64,000 nt of DNA from Vicinamibacterales bacterium (GTDB lineage: Bacteria; Acidobacteriota; Vicinamibacteria; Vicinamibacterales; SCN-69-37). The stretch lies in NCBI GenBank assembly GCA_041394725.1, contig JAWKHR010000008.1, positions 64,075 to 128,074 on the forward strand, written 5' to 3'. The notes beneath the pieces were generated by a model. That model did no database searches. It had not been told where the DNA came from and was given only the letters and a program-made list of their open reading frames with translations. The position numbers were made by a program, and so were the translations under genes. Of the stretch, positions 21,456 to 31,337 are shown in pieces; within the stretch, counting starts at the first letter, position 1, and every line of letters begins with the position of its first letter.

Positions 21456-22982
21456 GTGTCCAGCCGCATGAAGGTCCTCGTCGCGAACCGCGGGGAAATC
21501 GCCGTCCGCGTCATCCGGGCGTGCCGCGAGATGGGGTTCGGCACCGTGGCCGTCTTCTCCGACTGCGACCGGTCGGCGCTCCACGTGCGGCTGGCCGACG
21601 AGGCCGTGTTCCTCGGGCCGAGCCCCGCGTCGGAGAGCTACCTGCGCATCGATCGGATCATCGACGCCGCGCGGGCGACCGGCGCGAGCCTCGTGCACCC
21701 GGGCTACGGGTTCCTCGCCGAGAACGAGGCCTTCGCGCAGGCGTGCGTGGACGCGGGCCTGACCTTCGTCGGGCCGTCGCCGGACGTGATCGCGCGGATG
21801 GGCAGCAAGACCGCGGCGCGCGAGAGCGCGATGGCGGCCGGCGTGCCGGTCGTGCCCGGCTCGGCCGCGCCCTTCGGCGAGGACGTACCCGTCGAGACGA
21901 TCGCCGCCGACGCCGACCGCGTCGGCTATCCGCTGGTCGTCAAGGCCGTCGCGGGCGGCGGGGGCAAGGGCATGCGCACGGTCGCGTCGGCCGCCGAGCT
22001 GGCCGCCGCCGTGCGGACCGCCCGCTCCGAGGCCAAGTCCGCCTTCGGCGACGCGGCCATCTACCTCGAGCGACGCATCGTCAACCCGCGCCACATCGAG
22101 ATCCAGCTGCTGGGCGACGCGCACGGCACCGTCCTGCCGTTCGTCGAGCGCGAGTGCTCGATCCAGCGCCGCCACCAGAAGGTCGTCGAGGAGTCGCCGT
22201 CGATCCCGCTCGACGTGGACCGGCGCCGGGCGATGGCCGAGTGCGCCGCGAAGGTGGCGCGCTCGGTGGGCTACACCAACGCCGGCACCATCGAGTTCCT
22301 CTACGACGACGCGAGCGGCGAGTTCTTCTTCCTCGAGATGAACACCCGGCTCCAGGTCGAGCACCCGGTGACCGAGATCGTCACCGGCCTGGACCTCGTC
22401 CACTGGCAGCTCCGGATCGCGCGGGGCGAGCGACTCACCATCGATCCCGCGCAGGCCCTCACGCCGCGGGGCCACGCGATCGAGTGCCGGATCTACGCCG
22501 AGGACCCCGACCGCGGCTTCATGCCGTCGCCCGGACTCGTCCGCGCGCTGTCGGTCCCCGGCGGCCCCGGCGTCCGCGACGACCGCGGCGTCGCGCCTGG
22601 CTTCGAGATTCCCGTCTTCTACGACTCGATGATCTCCAAGCTCGTCGTGTGGGGCGATTCGCGCGCCGCGGCCGTGGCCCGGCTGCGCCGCGTCATCGAC
22701 GAGTACCGCGTCGTCGGCGTCCGCACGACCGTGCCGTTCTTCCGGTGGCTCCTCGACCAGCCCGAGTTCGCCGAGGGCCGGTTCGACACGACCTACCTCG
22801 ACCGGGTGCTCGCCGACCGGCGCGGCCAGCCGTTCGTCGAGCCGAACGAGACCGACCGCCGCGACGCGGCCGTCGCCGTCGCCGTCGGCGCGTGGCTCCG
22901 GGCCCACGGCGCCGCGGCCCAGCCCGTCGTGCGGCAGGGCGGGGCCTGGCGTCGCGCGGCGCGGCTGGACGGGGCGCGATGA
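21456..22982 (+). CDS. accC: Biotin carboxylase subunit of an acyl-CoA carboxylase
   Basis: MKVLVANRGEIAVRVIRA, ATP-grasp motifs (GYPLVVKAVAGGGGKGMR), EMNTRLQVEHPVTE. No fused biotinyl domain. Confidence 0.9.
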   Translation: MSSRMKVLVANRGEIAVRVIRACREMGFGTVAVFSDCDRSALHVRLADEAVFLGPSPASESYLRIDRIIDAARATGASLVHPGYGFLAENEAFAQACVDAGLTFVGPSPDVIARMGSKTAARESAMAAGVPVVPGSAAPFGEDVPVETIAADADRVGYPLVVKAVAGGGGKGMRTVASAAELAAAVRTARSEAKSAFGDAAIYLERRIVNPRHIEIQLLGDAHGTVLPFVERECSIQRRHQKVVEESPSIPLDVDRRRAMAECAAKVARSVGYTNAGTIEFLYDDASGEFFFLEMNTRLQVEHPVTEIVTGLDLVHWQLRIARGERLTIDPAQALTPRGHAIECRIYAEDPDRGFMPSPGLVRALSVPGGPGVRDDRGVAPGFEIPVFYDSMISKLVVWGDSRAAAVARLRRVIDEYRVVGVRTTVPFFRWLLDQPEFAEGRFDTTYLDRVLADRRGQPFVEPNETDRRDAAVAVAVGAWLRAHGAAAQPVVRQGGAWRRAARLDGAR

Positions 22983-22998
22983 GGGTGAGGCCGCCGCG

Positions 22999-23514
22999 AT
23001 GACCTTCGAGATCGAGATCGACGGCCAGGTGCGCCGCGTGACGGTGGAGACCGCCGGCGAGACCGGTCCGGACGGCGGCGCCTTCCGCGTCCGGGTCGAC
23101 GATGAGCCGGTCACCGTCGCGGCCCGGCGGACCGACCTCGGGCTGGCGCTCGTCTTCGGCGACGGGCGTTCGGTGGACGCGGCGCTCACGCCGCGCGGCG
23201 CCGGCGGCTGGTTCGTCCAGCTTCCGCACGTCGGCCTGGACGCCGAGGTGGATGGCCGGCGGCTGGCCCAGGGCCGGCCGGGCGAGGTCGCGGCGACCGG
23301 CGCCCAGCGCATCGCGGCGCCGATGCCCGGCCGGATCGTGCGCGTGCTGGTCCAGCCCGGTGAGGCCGTCGCCGCCCGGCAGGGCCTCATCGTGATCGAG
23401 GCGATGAAGATGGAGAACGAGCTGTCGTCGCCCAGGGCGGGGACCGTCCGCGAGGTCGCGGTCTCGGAGGGCGAATCCGTCGAGGGCGGGCGCCTCCTCG
23501 TGGTCGTCGAGTAG
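22999..23514 (+). CDS. Biotin carboxyl carrier protein (biotinyl/lipoyl domain)
   Basis: C-terminal biotinylation motif IEAMKMENEL inside a lipoyl-like fold sequence. Confidence 0.8.
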   Translation: MTFEIEIDGQVRRVTVETAGETGPDGGAFRVRVDDEPVTVAARRTDLGLALVFGDGRSVDAALTPRGAGGWFVQLPHVGLDAEVDGRRLAQGRPGEVAATGAQRIAAPMPGRIVRVLVQPGEAVAARQGLIVIEAMKMENELSSPRAGTVREVAVSEGESVEGGRLLVVVE

Positions 23515-23550
23515 CCGGCCGCGCCGCGGCCCTGCTGGTAAGCTGAACGT

Positions 23551-26500
23551 GTGAGCGAGGCCGGCTCCCCCAGCGATCCGACGCCCGAAGTCGACGCCAC
23601 GGCCGCGCCGCCCGCCGACGCGCCGCCACCGCCCGGCGACGGCGCGGATGGTTCCGGGCTGCCGCCCGCCGGTCCGGGTCGCCCGAAGGGCCGGAAGCGC
23701 CGGTTCGTCTGGCGCTGGTCCCGCCGGTCGATGACCCTGCTGACCGCGGTGGTGGCGGGATTGCTGGTGTCCTTTCTCAGTCTCGACCTCGGCCGCATCC
23801 AGGTCCGCGGCCAGTCGCTGACCTCCCTGGCCGAGAAGGCCGGTTCGAACTTCCTCAAGCGCCCGCTGCACATCGGATCGATCCAGGCCCGCATGTGGCC
23901 CGGCCGCTACGAGCTGCGCGACGTGGTGATCGAGGGCCTCCATCCCGGCGACGCGCCGTTCCTGCGGGCGGGCTCGATCCTCGTCGATCTCGACTGGTCG
24001 GCGCTCGTCCGGCGTGACGTGCGCGTGCGCGTGGAGATGACCGACTGGCGGATGTCGGTCGAGCGGTGGGCCGACGGCTCGCACAACGTGCCGCGCCTGA
24101 AGCCCGACGGCGGGTCCGGCGGCAAGCGCCCGTTCACGACGACGGTGGACGTGAGCGCGACGGGCGGCGAGTTCCGGTACGCGGACCACGGCACCCCGTG
24201 GAGCGTGACGGCGCCGAACCTCATCTTCGGCCTGGCGCGCACCGAGGTCGGTGGGGGCGGCTACGTGGGCACGGCGCGGTTCCACGGCGGCGTGGTGCAG
24301 ATCCAGCAGTTCGAGCCGATGGCAACGGCGATGACGACGCGCTTCACGCTCGAGGGCGGGCTGGTGAAGCTGGACCACATCGACCTGACGACGGACGGAT
24401 CGACCTCGCACATCAACGGCGTCGTGGACTTCGGCCGGTGGCCCGAGCAGCACTACAACGTGAACTCGACCGTCGACTTCGCGCGGATGCACGAGATCTT
24501 CTTCAAGGACGCCACCTGGGACGTGGCGGGCACGGGCGGCTTCCGGGGCGTCTTCGAGTTGTTCAAGGCGGGCGGCCACAACCTGGAGGGGGACTTCACG
24601 AGCGACGTGGCCACGCTCGACGCCGGCGGCGCGCGGTACCGGTTCCCCGGCCTGCACGGCTCGCTGCAGTGGGAGCCGCATCGCTTCGTCGTGCCGCACG
24701 CCGAGGCGGACCTCTCCGGCGGGCACACGACGTTCACGTACGGCCTCGAGCCGCTCGGCACGCCCGGCGGCGCGACCGCGAGCTTCACGGCCGACTACCG
24801 GGCGGTGGACCTCGAGCGGCTCACGTCCCGCTACGACCTGGACGGCCTCCGCCTGGCGGGCGCGGCCGACGGGCGGATCGAGATGCGGTGGCCGAACGGC
24901 CGCTTCTCCGCGGGCATGGTCGGCGGTGGCACCACGCGCGTGACGCCGCCGGCGGGCGCCGTGCTGGCGCCGCTCACGCTGCCGTCGTCGTCCGGTCGCC
25001 CGGCGCCGCCCGCGGGTGACGCGGCGACGGGCGTGGTGGTGCCCGCGGCCGCGGCGGCGAAGGCTGCCTTCGATCCGTACGCGCCGCTCGGCGCGCTGCC
25101 GGTCGGCGGCGCGCTGACGTACCGCTTCGACCGCGGCACGCTCGTGGTCGACGACAGCTGGGCGGCCACCGCGTCCACGCACGTCCGCTTCCAGGGGCAC
25201 ACCGACTACGGCACCGACACCGAGCTGCCGTTCCGGGTGGCGAGCCTCGACTGGCAGGAGAGCGACCGGGTGCTGGCGGGGATGCTCCGGGCGTTCGGGC
25301 GGCGGACGGGCGCGGTGGAGGTCGGCGGACGGGGCACGTTCGACGGCGTGATGACGCGGTCGTTCACGTCGCCGCGGATCGCAGGCCGGTTCACCGCCGA
25401 GGACATGCGCGCCTGGGACGTCACCTGGGGCCGCGCCGCCGGGGACATCGTCATCCAGAACAGCTACGTGGACGTGACCGACGGGGTGATCGGCGATCCG
25501 GACGGCGCGCGCATCCTCGCGAACGGCCGGTTCTCGCTGGGGTTCCCGCGCGACGACGAGGGCGAGGAGATCAACGCGCGCGTCGTCGTCACCGACTGGC
25601 CGCTGGCGCAGTTCCGGCACGCGTTCGGCCTGGACGCCTGGCCCATGGAGGGGCGGGTGGGATCGGCGGACCTCGAGCTGCGCGGCGCCTATACGGGGCC
25701 GTTCGGCACGGGCACGCTGCGGATCGACGACGGGCGCGCGTGGGGCGAATCGTTCGCCCGCGCGACGGCGCGGCTGCAGTTCGAGGGCACGGGCCTGCAG
25801 GTCAACGGGATCGAGCTGGCCAAGGGCACGGGCACGGTGCGCGGCGCCGCGTGGATCGGGTGGAACAACCGCTACTCGTTCGACGCCGACGGCGAGCGCA
25901 TCCCCGTGGAGTCGCTCGACAGCTTCCGGTTCGAGCAGGCGCCGTTCAACGGCCAGCTCGAGTTCAAGGCGAGCGGCGCCGGCGACTTCGACGCGCCGGC
26001 CTACCAGTTCGACGGGTCGATCCCCGACCTGGGCGTCGGCGACGAGGGCATCGGCCCGGTCACGGGCCACCTCGAGGTGGCCGACGGCCGGCTCGTGCTC
26101 TCGACCCGCGTGGCCTCGATCCGCGGCACGGTGGACGGCGCCGGCACGATCGGCCTCGGGGACGACAGCCCGGCCAACCTCAACTTCCGGTTCTTCGAAG
26201 CGTCGATTGATCCGTACCTGAAGTTCGTCGCGCCCGAGGTCTCGCCGTACACGCGTCTGATCGCGAGCGGGCTGCTCCACATCGAGGGACCGCTGTCCGA
26301 CACGACGCGGCTGCGGGTGGACGCGACCGTGGACACGGCGTCGATCACGCTGCTCGACTACGAGCTGGCCAACGACGGCCCCGTCCGGCTGCGGTTCGCC
26401 GACGACGCGTTTGCGATCGACCGGCTGGCGCTGCGCGGCGAGGCGACCACGCTGGAGCTCTCGGGCGGCGTGGACGCGGGGCGACGCACGGTGAACATCG

Positions 26501-27843
26501 CGGCCAACGGGCAGGCGAACCTGGCCGTCCTGCAGCTCTTCTACAGCGACCTGCGCGGGACGGGGGCCGCGCGGGTGGACGGCCGGCTGCAGGGCACGTT
26601 CGACCGCATGGCGCTCTTCGGTGACGCGACCATCGTCGACGGCAGCGTGCGGCACCTCGGGCTGCCGCACAGCCTGACGGCCATCAACGGGCCGATCCGG
26701 TTCGACGCGGCGGGGATCGACGTCAGCGCGCTGCGCGGGCAGATGGGCGGGGGCAACGTCGTGTTCGGCGGCCGCATCACGCTGCGCGACGGCTACCGGC
26801 CCGACGAGTTCGACGTCACGGCGCGCGGACAGCTCATGCGGCTGCGCTATCCGGAGGGTTTCACGTCGACGGCCAACGCGGACCTCTGGCTGCGCGGGCC
26901 GGTGCAGGCGCCGACGCTCGGGGGCACGGTGGACGTGCTCGACGTCAACTACCACCCCCCGATCGAGTCCACGAGCCTGTTCGAACTGGCCGGCGGCGCC
27001 GTCGCCGGCGGCGCGGACGCCGCGCCGGCCGAGGCGCCCCCGGACGTCTTCCCGCTCGGGTTCAACGTGCACGTCCAGGTGGCACGTACCTCGCTGCTGC
27101 AGACGGCCGTGGCCAGCATCCAGGGCAGCGCGAGCCTGGATCTGACCGGGACGCTCGAGCAGCCGTCGCTCAACGGCCGCGTGGACATCGACTCGGGCGA
27201 GTTCTACGCGCTCGGCAACCGGTACCTGGTGCAGCCGGGCACCGTGGACTTCACCGAGGCGCTGCCGTTCCAGCCGGTGTTCGACCTGCAGGCCGAGACC
27301 CGCGTCCGCGCGGCGTCCACGGGGCGCTTCGCCGAGACGTTCACGATCACGGTGCGGGTGACGGGCACGTTCGACCAGCTCACGCCGACGCTCCAGTCCA
27401 CCCCCTACCTGCCGCAGACCGACATCGTCACGCTCATCTTCGGCGGCGTGCCGGACATCGGGACCATCGAACAGCGCCAGCTGTCGCCGGCCGAGAGCCA
27501 GCAGGCGATGGTGCAGACGGCGGGCGCGGTGCTGCTGACCAGCCCGATTTCGGCGCGCGTCGAGAGCGTGCTGCGGAGCAGCCTCGGCATCGACGCGGCG
27601 CAGGTCACGCCGCAGCTCTTCGACGAGCGGTCGCTCCAGCAGCTGAACCCGAGCGTGCGGGTGGCGTTCGGCAAGCGGATCTCGGATGATCTCTACCTGA
27701 CGTATTCGCGGACGCTGCAGGCCAACGAGGAGGAGATCATCCAGCTCGAGTACACCCAGAACGACCGTGTGTCCTGGATCCTGTCGCGCAACGAGAACCG
27801 CACGTTCTCGCTCGACTTCCGCATCCGCTACGTGATCCGATGA
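23551..27843 (+). CDS. tamB: TamB-like translocation and assembly module protein (AsmA-like/DUF490 C-terminus)
   Basis: 1430 aa. One N-terminal TM anchor (LLTAVVAGLLVSFLSL). Long beta-rich repetitive body. DUF490-like end (FGKRISDDLYLTYSRTL...LEYTQNDRVSWILSRN). Its stop overlaps the next gene's start (ATGA). Confidence 0.8.
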   Translation: MSEAGSPSDPTPEVDATAAPPADAPPPPGDGADGSGLPPAGPGRPKGRKRRFVWRWSRRSMTLLTAVVAGLLVSFLSLDLGRIQVRGQSLTSLAEKAGSNFLKRPLHIGSIQARMWPGRYELRDVVIEGLHPGDAPFLRAGSILVDLDWSALVRRDVRVRVEMTDWRMSVERWADGSHNVPRLKPDGGSGGKRPFTTTVDVSATGGEFRYADHGTPWSVTAPNLIFGLARTEVGGGGYVGTARFHGGVVQIQQFEPMATAMTTRFTLEGGLVKLDHIDLTTDGSTSHINGVVDFGRWPEQHYNVNSTVDFARMHEIFFKDATWDVAGTGGFRGVFELFKAGGHNLEGDFTSDVATLDAGGARYRFPGLHGSLQWEPHRFVVPHAEADLSGGHTTFTYGLEPLGTPGGATASFTADYRAVDLERLTSRYDLDGLRLAGAADGRIEMRWPNGRFSAGMVGGGTTRVTPPAGAVLAPLTLPSSSGRPAPPAGDAATGVVVPAAAAAKAAFDPYAPLGALPVGGALTYRFDRGTLVVDDSWAATASTHVRFQGHTDYGTDTELPFRVASLDWQESDRVLAGMLRAFGRRTGAVEVGGRGTFDGVMTRSFTSPRIAGRFTAEDMRAWDVTWGRAAGDIVIQNSYVDVTDGVIGDPDGARILANGRFSLGFPRDDEGEEINARVVVTDWPLAQFRHAFGLDAWPMEGRVGSADLELRGAYTGPFGTGTLRIDDGRAWGESFARATARLQFEGTGLQVNGIELAKGTGTVRGAAWIGWNNRYSFDADGERIPVESLDSFRFEQAPFNGQLEFKASGAGDFDAPAYQFDGSIPDLGVGDEGIGPVTGHLEVADGRLVLSTRVASIRGTVDGAGTIGLGDDSPANLNFRFFEASIDPYLKFVAPEVSPYTRLIASGLLHIEGPLSDTTRLRVDATVDTASITLLDYELANDGPVRLRFADDAFAIDRLALRGEATTLELSGGVDAGRRTVNIAANGQANLAVLQLFYSDLRGTGAARVDGRLQGTFDRMALFGDATIVDGSVRHLGLPHSLTAINGPIRFDAAGIDVSALRGQMGGGNVVFGGRITLRDGYRPDEFDVTARGQLMRLRYPEGFTSTANADLWLRGPVQAPTLGGTVDVLDVNYHPPIESTSLFELAGGAVAGGADAAPAEAPPDVFPLGFNVHVQVARTSLLQTAVASIQGSASLDLTGTLEQPSLNGRVDIDSGEFYALGNRYLVQPGTVDFTEALPFQPVFDLQAETRVRAASTGRFAETFTITVRVTGTFDQLTPTLQSTPYLPQTDIVTLIFGGVPDIGTIEQRQLSPAESQQAMVQTAGAVLLTSPISARVESVLRSSLGIDAAQVTPQLFDERSLQQLNPSVRVAFGKRISDDLYLTYSRTLQANEEEIIQLEYTQNDRVSWILSRNENRTFSLDFRIRYVIR

Positions 27844-30824
27844 TCGCCCGTGCCGGACGGCGTCTCGCGACCGGGCTGTTGGCGGCGGCGGTGATCCTGG
27901 CGCCGGCCCGGCCGGCCGCGGCGCAGGCGCAGAATCCTGCCGCGCCGTTCGTCGGACGGCCGGTCGCCGACGTCCGGCTCGAGATCGAGGGCGAGGCCGG
28001 GGAGTCGCCGGAGCTCCTGCCGCTCATCGACACGCCCGTCGGCCAGCCCCTGCGCCTCGACCAGGTGCGGTCGTCGATCAACCGTCTCCTCAGCCCGAGC
28101 CTCGCGCGATTCGACGACGTCGTGGTGACCGCCGAGGACGTCGCCGGCGGGATCCGGCTGACCTACCGGCTCTCGCCCCGCCATCCGGTCGTGGACCTGG
28201 TGATCAGCGGGTCGCCCGGCGTGGATGCCGGCGAACTCCGGCGCCAGCTGCTCGCGCGGTTCTCCGGCCTGCCACCGACCCAGCGGCTCGCGACCGTCGA
28301 GGAAGCCGCGCTCACGCTGCTCACGAACCAGGGCTACCTCGACGCGCGCGTCACCGCGCGCGTGGTCGAGAGTCACGTGCCGCACCAGGCCGTGCTCGAC
28401 CTCGACGTGCAGTCCGGCGCGCTCGCGACGGTGGGCGAGGTCTCCGTCACCGGCCAGTCGCCCCTGCCGGCCGCCACCGTGATCGACCGCGTGGGCGCCC
28501 GTCCCGGCACGCCCTGGCGGCCGCGCGACGCGCAGACGCAGCTGGCGGCGATCGCCGACCAGCTCCGCGAACTCGGCTACTACCAGGCGATCGCGCAGTA
28601 CCAGCAGAGCCGCAACGCGTCGGGCGCCGTGGACGTGACGCTCGTCGTCGACGCCGGCCCGCAGGTGGACCTGCGGTTCACCGGCGATCCGCCGCCGGGC
28701 AGCCGCGAGGATCTGGTCCCCATCCAGCGCGAACGCTCGGCGGACGTGGACCTGCTCGAGGACTCGCGGCGACGCATCGAGTCGCTCCTCGAGGACCAGG
28801 GCTATCGCGACGCGCAGGCGCCCTACACCCGCGAGGAGCGCAACGACGGCGCGCTGCTGGTCATCACGTACGACATCACGCGCGGTCCCCGGTATCGCGT
28901 CGGCCGCGTGGTGTGGCCGCCCGACCTGCAGCTGCCGGAGCGGACGCTGGTCGAGGCGCTCGGCGTCACCGCCGGCGGCCCGTACAGCCGGGCCCAGGTC
29001 ACGCGCGGCATGGCGCGGGTGCGGGCCGCCTACCTGCTGCAGGGCTTCCACCGCGTCGAGGCCAACGCCGACGACGTGGTCGTCGACGGCGCGACCGACG
29101 CGGGCGAGCCGCTCGTGACGATCCGCCCGGCCATCCAGGAGGGGCCGCGCGGCACGATCCGCGAGGTCACCGTGACCTACGGCGCCACGCACACCGTGCC
29201 CGAGGCGACCCTGCTCGGCGTGATGCGGTCGCGGCCCGGCCAGCCGTTCGTCCGCCTCGACCTGGCGCGCGACCTGCAGGCGGTGACGCGCGTCTACCTC
29301 GACCGCGGATCCCGGACGCCGAGCATCCGGATCGTCCCGGACATCTCCGAGGACGGGCGTGACGTGCGGCTCGACGTGGAGGTCACCGAGGGCCCGCAGG
29401 TCCTCGTCGGCGAGATCGTCGTGGTCGGCAACCGGTCGATCGACGTCGCCTCCGTCCTCGACGAGATCACGCTGCACCCGGGGCAGCCGTTCGGCCTCGA
29501 GGCGGAGCAGGAGAGCCGGGCGCGGCTCTCGCGCCTGGGCATCTTCCGGCGCGTGGACATCATCCAGGAGAACCGGCTGCCGGGCGAGACGCGCGCCACC
29601 ATCATCGTCTCGGTCGAGGAACTGCCGGCGACGACGCTCGGGTTCGGCGGCGGCCTCGAGGTGGGTCGCCGTCCGCGGTCGTCGGGCGGGCGGCTCGTGG
29701 ACCGTCTGGAGTTCGCGCCGCGCGGCTTCTTCGAGATCACCCGCCGCAACCTCGGTGGCCGTAACCGCCAGGTGAGCCTGTTCTCGCGGCTCGCCCTCAA
29801 GCCCCGGACGCGGGTCGACCCGGAGGACGACGGGCCGCTGTTCGGGTTCAGCGAGTACCGGGTGGACCTCACGTTCCGCGAGGAACGCGCGTTCGGGACC
29901 AACACGAGCCTGCTCGTCGGCTTTTCGTCGGAGCAGGCGATCCGGACGTCGTTCAACTTCGTCCGCCGCCAGGGCAGCATCACGGCGCTCCGCGAGCTGC
30001 GGCCGGGCCTGAGCGTGACCGGCCGCTACGCGCTCGACTTCTCCCGCCTGTTCGACGAGGCGATCGCGCCCGAGGACCAGCCGCTCATCGACCGGCTGTT
30101 CCCGCAGGTCCGCCTGTCGATCCTCTCGACCGGCGTCCTGTGGGATCGCCGCAACCGGCCGCTCAGCCCGACGCACGGCACGCTGGCGTCGGCCGACGTC
30201 GAGGTGGCGGTGCGCGGCATCGGGTCGGAGGTCGGCTACGAGAAGACGTTCCTCCAGTGGCTCGGCTTCAAGGCGCTGTCGGACGCCCCGCAGCCGCGGT
30301 CGGTCGTGGCCGTGCGGGCGCAGCTCGGCCTCGCGCGCGGGTTCGAGCGCACGGTCCTCGTGGTCGACGCGATCGGGCGGCCCGTGCTCGGCCCCGACGG
30401 CCAGCCGCTCGAGCAGACGGTCGCGGACCTGCCGGCGTCCCAGCGGTTCTTCGCCGGCGGCAGCACGACCGTCCGGGGCTTCCAGTTCGACCGGCTCGGC
30501 GTGCCGGAGGTGCTCAACGCCGAGGGCCTGTCGGTCGGCGGCAACGCGCTGGTCGTGCTCAACGCCGAGCTGCGCACGGTGGCGACGACGCTGTTCGGGC
30601 GCAACCTGTCGGTGGTCGGCTTCGTGGACGGCGGCAACGTCTTCGCGCGCGCGAGCGACCTCGACCTCTCGCGCATCCGGGGCGCGGTCGGGTTCGGCGC
30701 GCGGTACGACTCGCCGCTCGGTCCGCTGCGCCTGGACTTCGGCTTCAAGCTGGATCGCCGCCTGATCGGCGGCGTCCGCGAGCGCGGGTGGGAATACCAC
30801 CTGAGCATCGGCGAGATCTTCTGA
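27840..30824 (+). CDS. bamA: Omp85-family outer membrane protein assembly factor (BamA/TamA-like)
   Basis: Signal peptide, repeated POTRA-like modules, and a C-terminal beta-barrel ending in an aromatic residue (...YHLSIGEIF). Contains RFFAGGSTTVRGF. Confidence 0.8.
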   Translation: MIARAGRRLATGLLAAAVILAPARPAAAQAQNPAAPFVGRPVADVRLEIEGEAGESPELLPLIDTPVGQPLRLDQVRSSINRLLSPSLARFDDVVVTAEDVAGGIRLTYRLSPRHPVVDLVISGSPGVDAGELRRQLLARFSGLPPTQRLATVEEAALTLLTNQGYLDARVTARVVESHVPHQAVLDLDVQSGALATVGEVSVTGQSPLPAATVIDRVGARPGTPWRPRDAQTQLAAIADQLRELGYYQAIAQYQQSRNASGAVDVTLVVDAGPQVDLRFTGDPPPGSREDLVPIQRERSADVDLLEDSRRRIESLLEDQGYRDAQAPYTREERNDGALLVITYDITRGPRYRVGRVVWPPDLQLPERTLVEALGVTAGGPYSRAQVTRGMARVRAAYLLQGFHRVEANADDVVVDGATDAGEPLVTIRPAIQEGPRGTIREVTVTYGATHTVPEATLLGVMRSRPGQPFVRLDLARDLQAVTRVYLDRGSRTPSIRIVPDISEDGRDVRLDVEVTEGPQVLVGEIVVVGNRSIDVASVLDEITLHPGQPFGLEAEQESRARLSRLGIFRRVDIIQENRLPGETRATIIVSVEELPATTLGFGGGLEVGRRPRSSGGRLVDRLEFAPRGFFEITRRNLGGRNRQVSLFSRLALKPRTRVDPEDDGPLFGFSEYRVDLTFREERAFGTNTSLLVGFSSEQAIRTSFNFVRRQGSITALRELRPGLSVTGRYALDFSRLFDEAIAPEDQPLIDRLFPQVRLSILSTGVLWDRRNRPLSPTHGTLASADVEVAVRGIGSEVGYEKTFLQWLGFKALSDAPQPRSVVAVRAQLGLARGFERTVLVVDAIGRPVLGPDGQPLEQTVADLPASQRFFAGGSTTVRGFQFDRLGVPEVLNAEGLSVGGNALVVLNAELRTVATTLFGRNLSVVGFVDGGNVFARASDLDLSRIRGAVGFGARYDSPLGPLRLDFGFKLDRRLIGGVRERGWEYHLSIGEIF

Positions 30825-31315
30825 TGCGGGCGCGCCTCGTCCCCGTCCTGCTCTGCGGCCTCCTCGGGCTCGCGACCGTCGCGCGCGCACAGGTCGTGAT
30901 CGACCGGGACCTCGTCACGGTCCACGGCCAGGTGATCACGCAGTCGGACGTCTGGCAGGCGATCGACCTGCAGCTGCTGCCGGGGGTGACGACGCCCGCG
31001 GCGGCGCAGCGCGAACTCGAGAACCGCGTGCTGATTCTCGCGGAAGCGGCGCGCCTGCAGGCGCCGGCGCCACCCGAGGACGCCGTGCGCGCGGCGCGCC
31101 AGGCGTGGGAGGCGCGGGCCGGCATCACCGACCTCGCCGCCCGCCTCGCGCGGACCGGCACGACCGAGGCCGCCCTCGAGGCGTGGTTCCGCGACACCGC
31201 GGCAATCGACGCCTACGTCGAGCGGCGGTTCGCCGGCGTCCGCGAGGCCGACCGCGACCGCGCCAGGGCCGACTGGATCGGCCTGCTGCGCAACCGCGAA
31301 GGCCTGCCGCGCTGA
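30824..31315 (+). CDS. Small periplasmic protein, hypothetical (possible chaperone)
   Basis: TGATG overlap with the Omp85 gene. Signal peptide LLCGLLGLATVARAQ. Helical, Ala/Arg/Glu-rich mature part. The function call is a guess from context only. Confidence 0.45.
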   Translation: MRARLVPVLLCGLLGLATVARAQVVIDRDLVTVHGQVITQSDVWQAIDLQLLPGVTTPAAAQRELENRVLILAEAARLQAPAPPEDAVRAARQAWEARAGITDLAARLARTGTTEAALEAWFRDTAAIDAYVERRFAGVREADRDRARADWIGLLRNREGLPR

Positions 31316-31337
31316 CGCGCCGGCACGGCCCGGCCGA

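Noticed and set aside
19901-23514. The carboxyltransferase / biotin carboxylase / BCCP trio as something unusual, because the biotin carboxylase and its carrier are split.
   Set aside because: Separate BC and BCCP subunits next to a PccB-type carboxyltransferase is a known arrangement for acyl-CoA carboxylases. Nothing in the sequence departs from it.
22693-27072. A 1459-aa ORF on the minus strand, covering the end of the biotin carboxylase gene, the BCCP gene and most of tamB.
   Set aside because: Its composition is Arg/Ala/Gly/Pro-rich nonsense with no motifs. It is the exact antisense shadow of genes with clear homology-type motifs. In very GC-rich DNA, stop codons are rare in antisense frames. 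The same applies to 4482-6371 (+), 6975-9026 (+), 15315-17180 (-), 17273-19138 (-), 19817-21544 (-), 21366-23894 (-), 35751-38669 (+) and 60016-62265 (+).
27828-30890. A 1020-aa minus-strand ORF antisense to the Omp85/BamA-like gene.
   Set aside because: Same GC-driven artefact. The plus-strand product has a signal peptide, POTRA repeats and a barrel with a terminal Phe, whereas the antisense product is low-complexity Arg/Asp/Glu/Pro.
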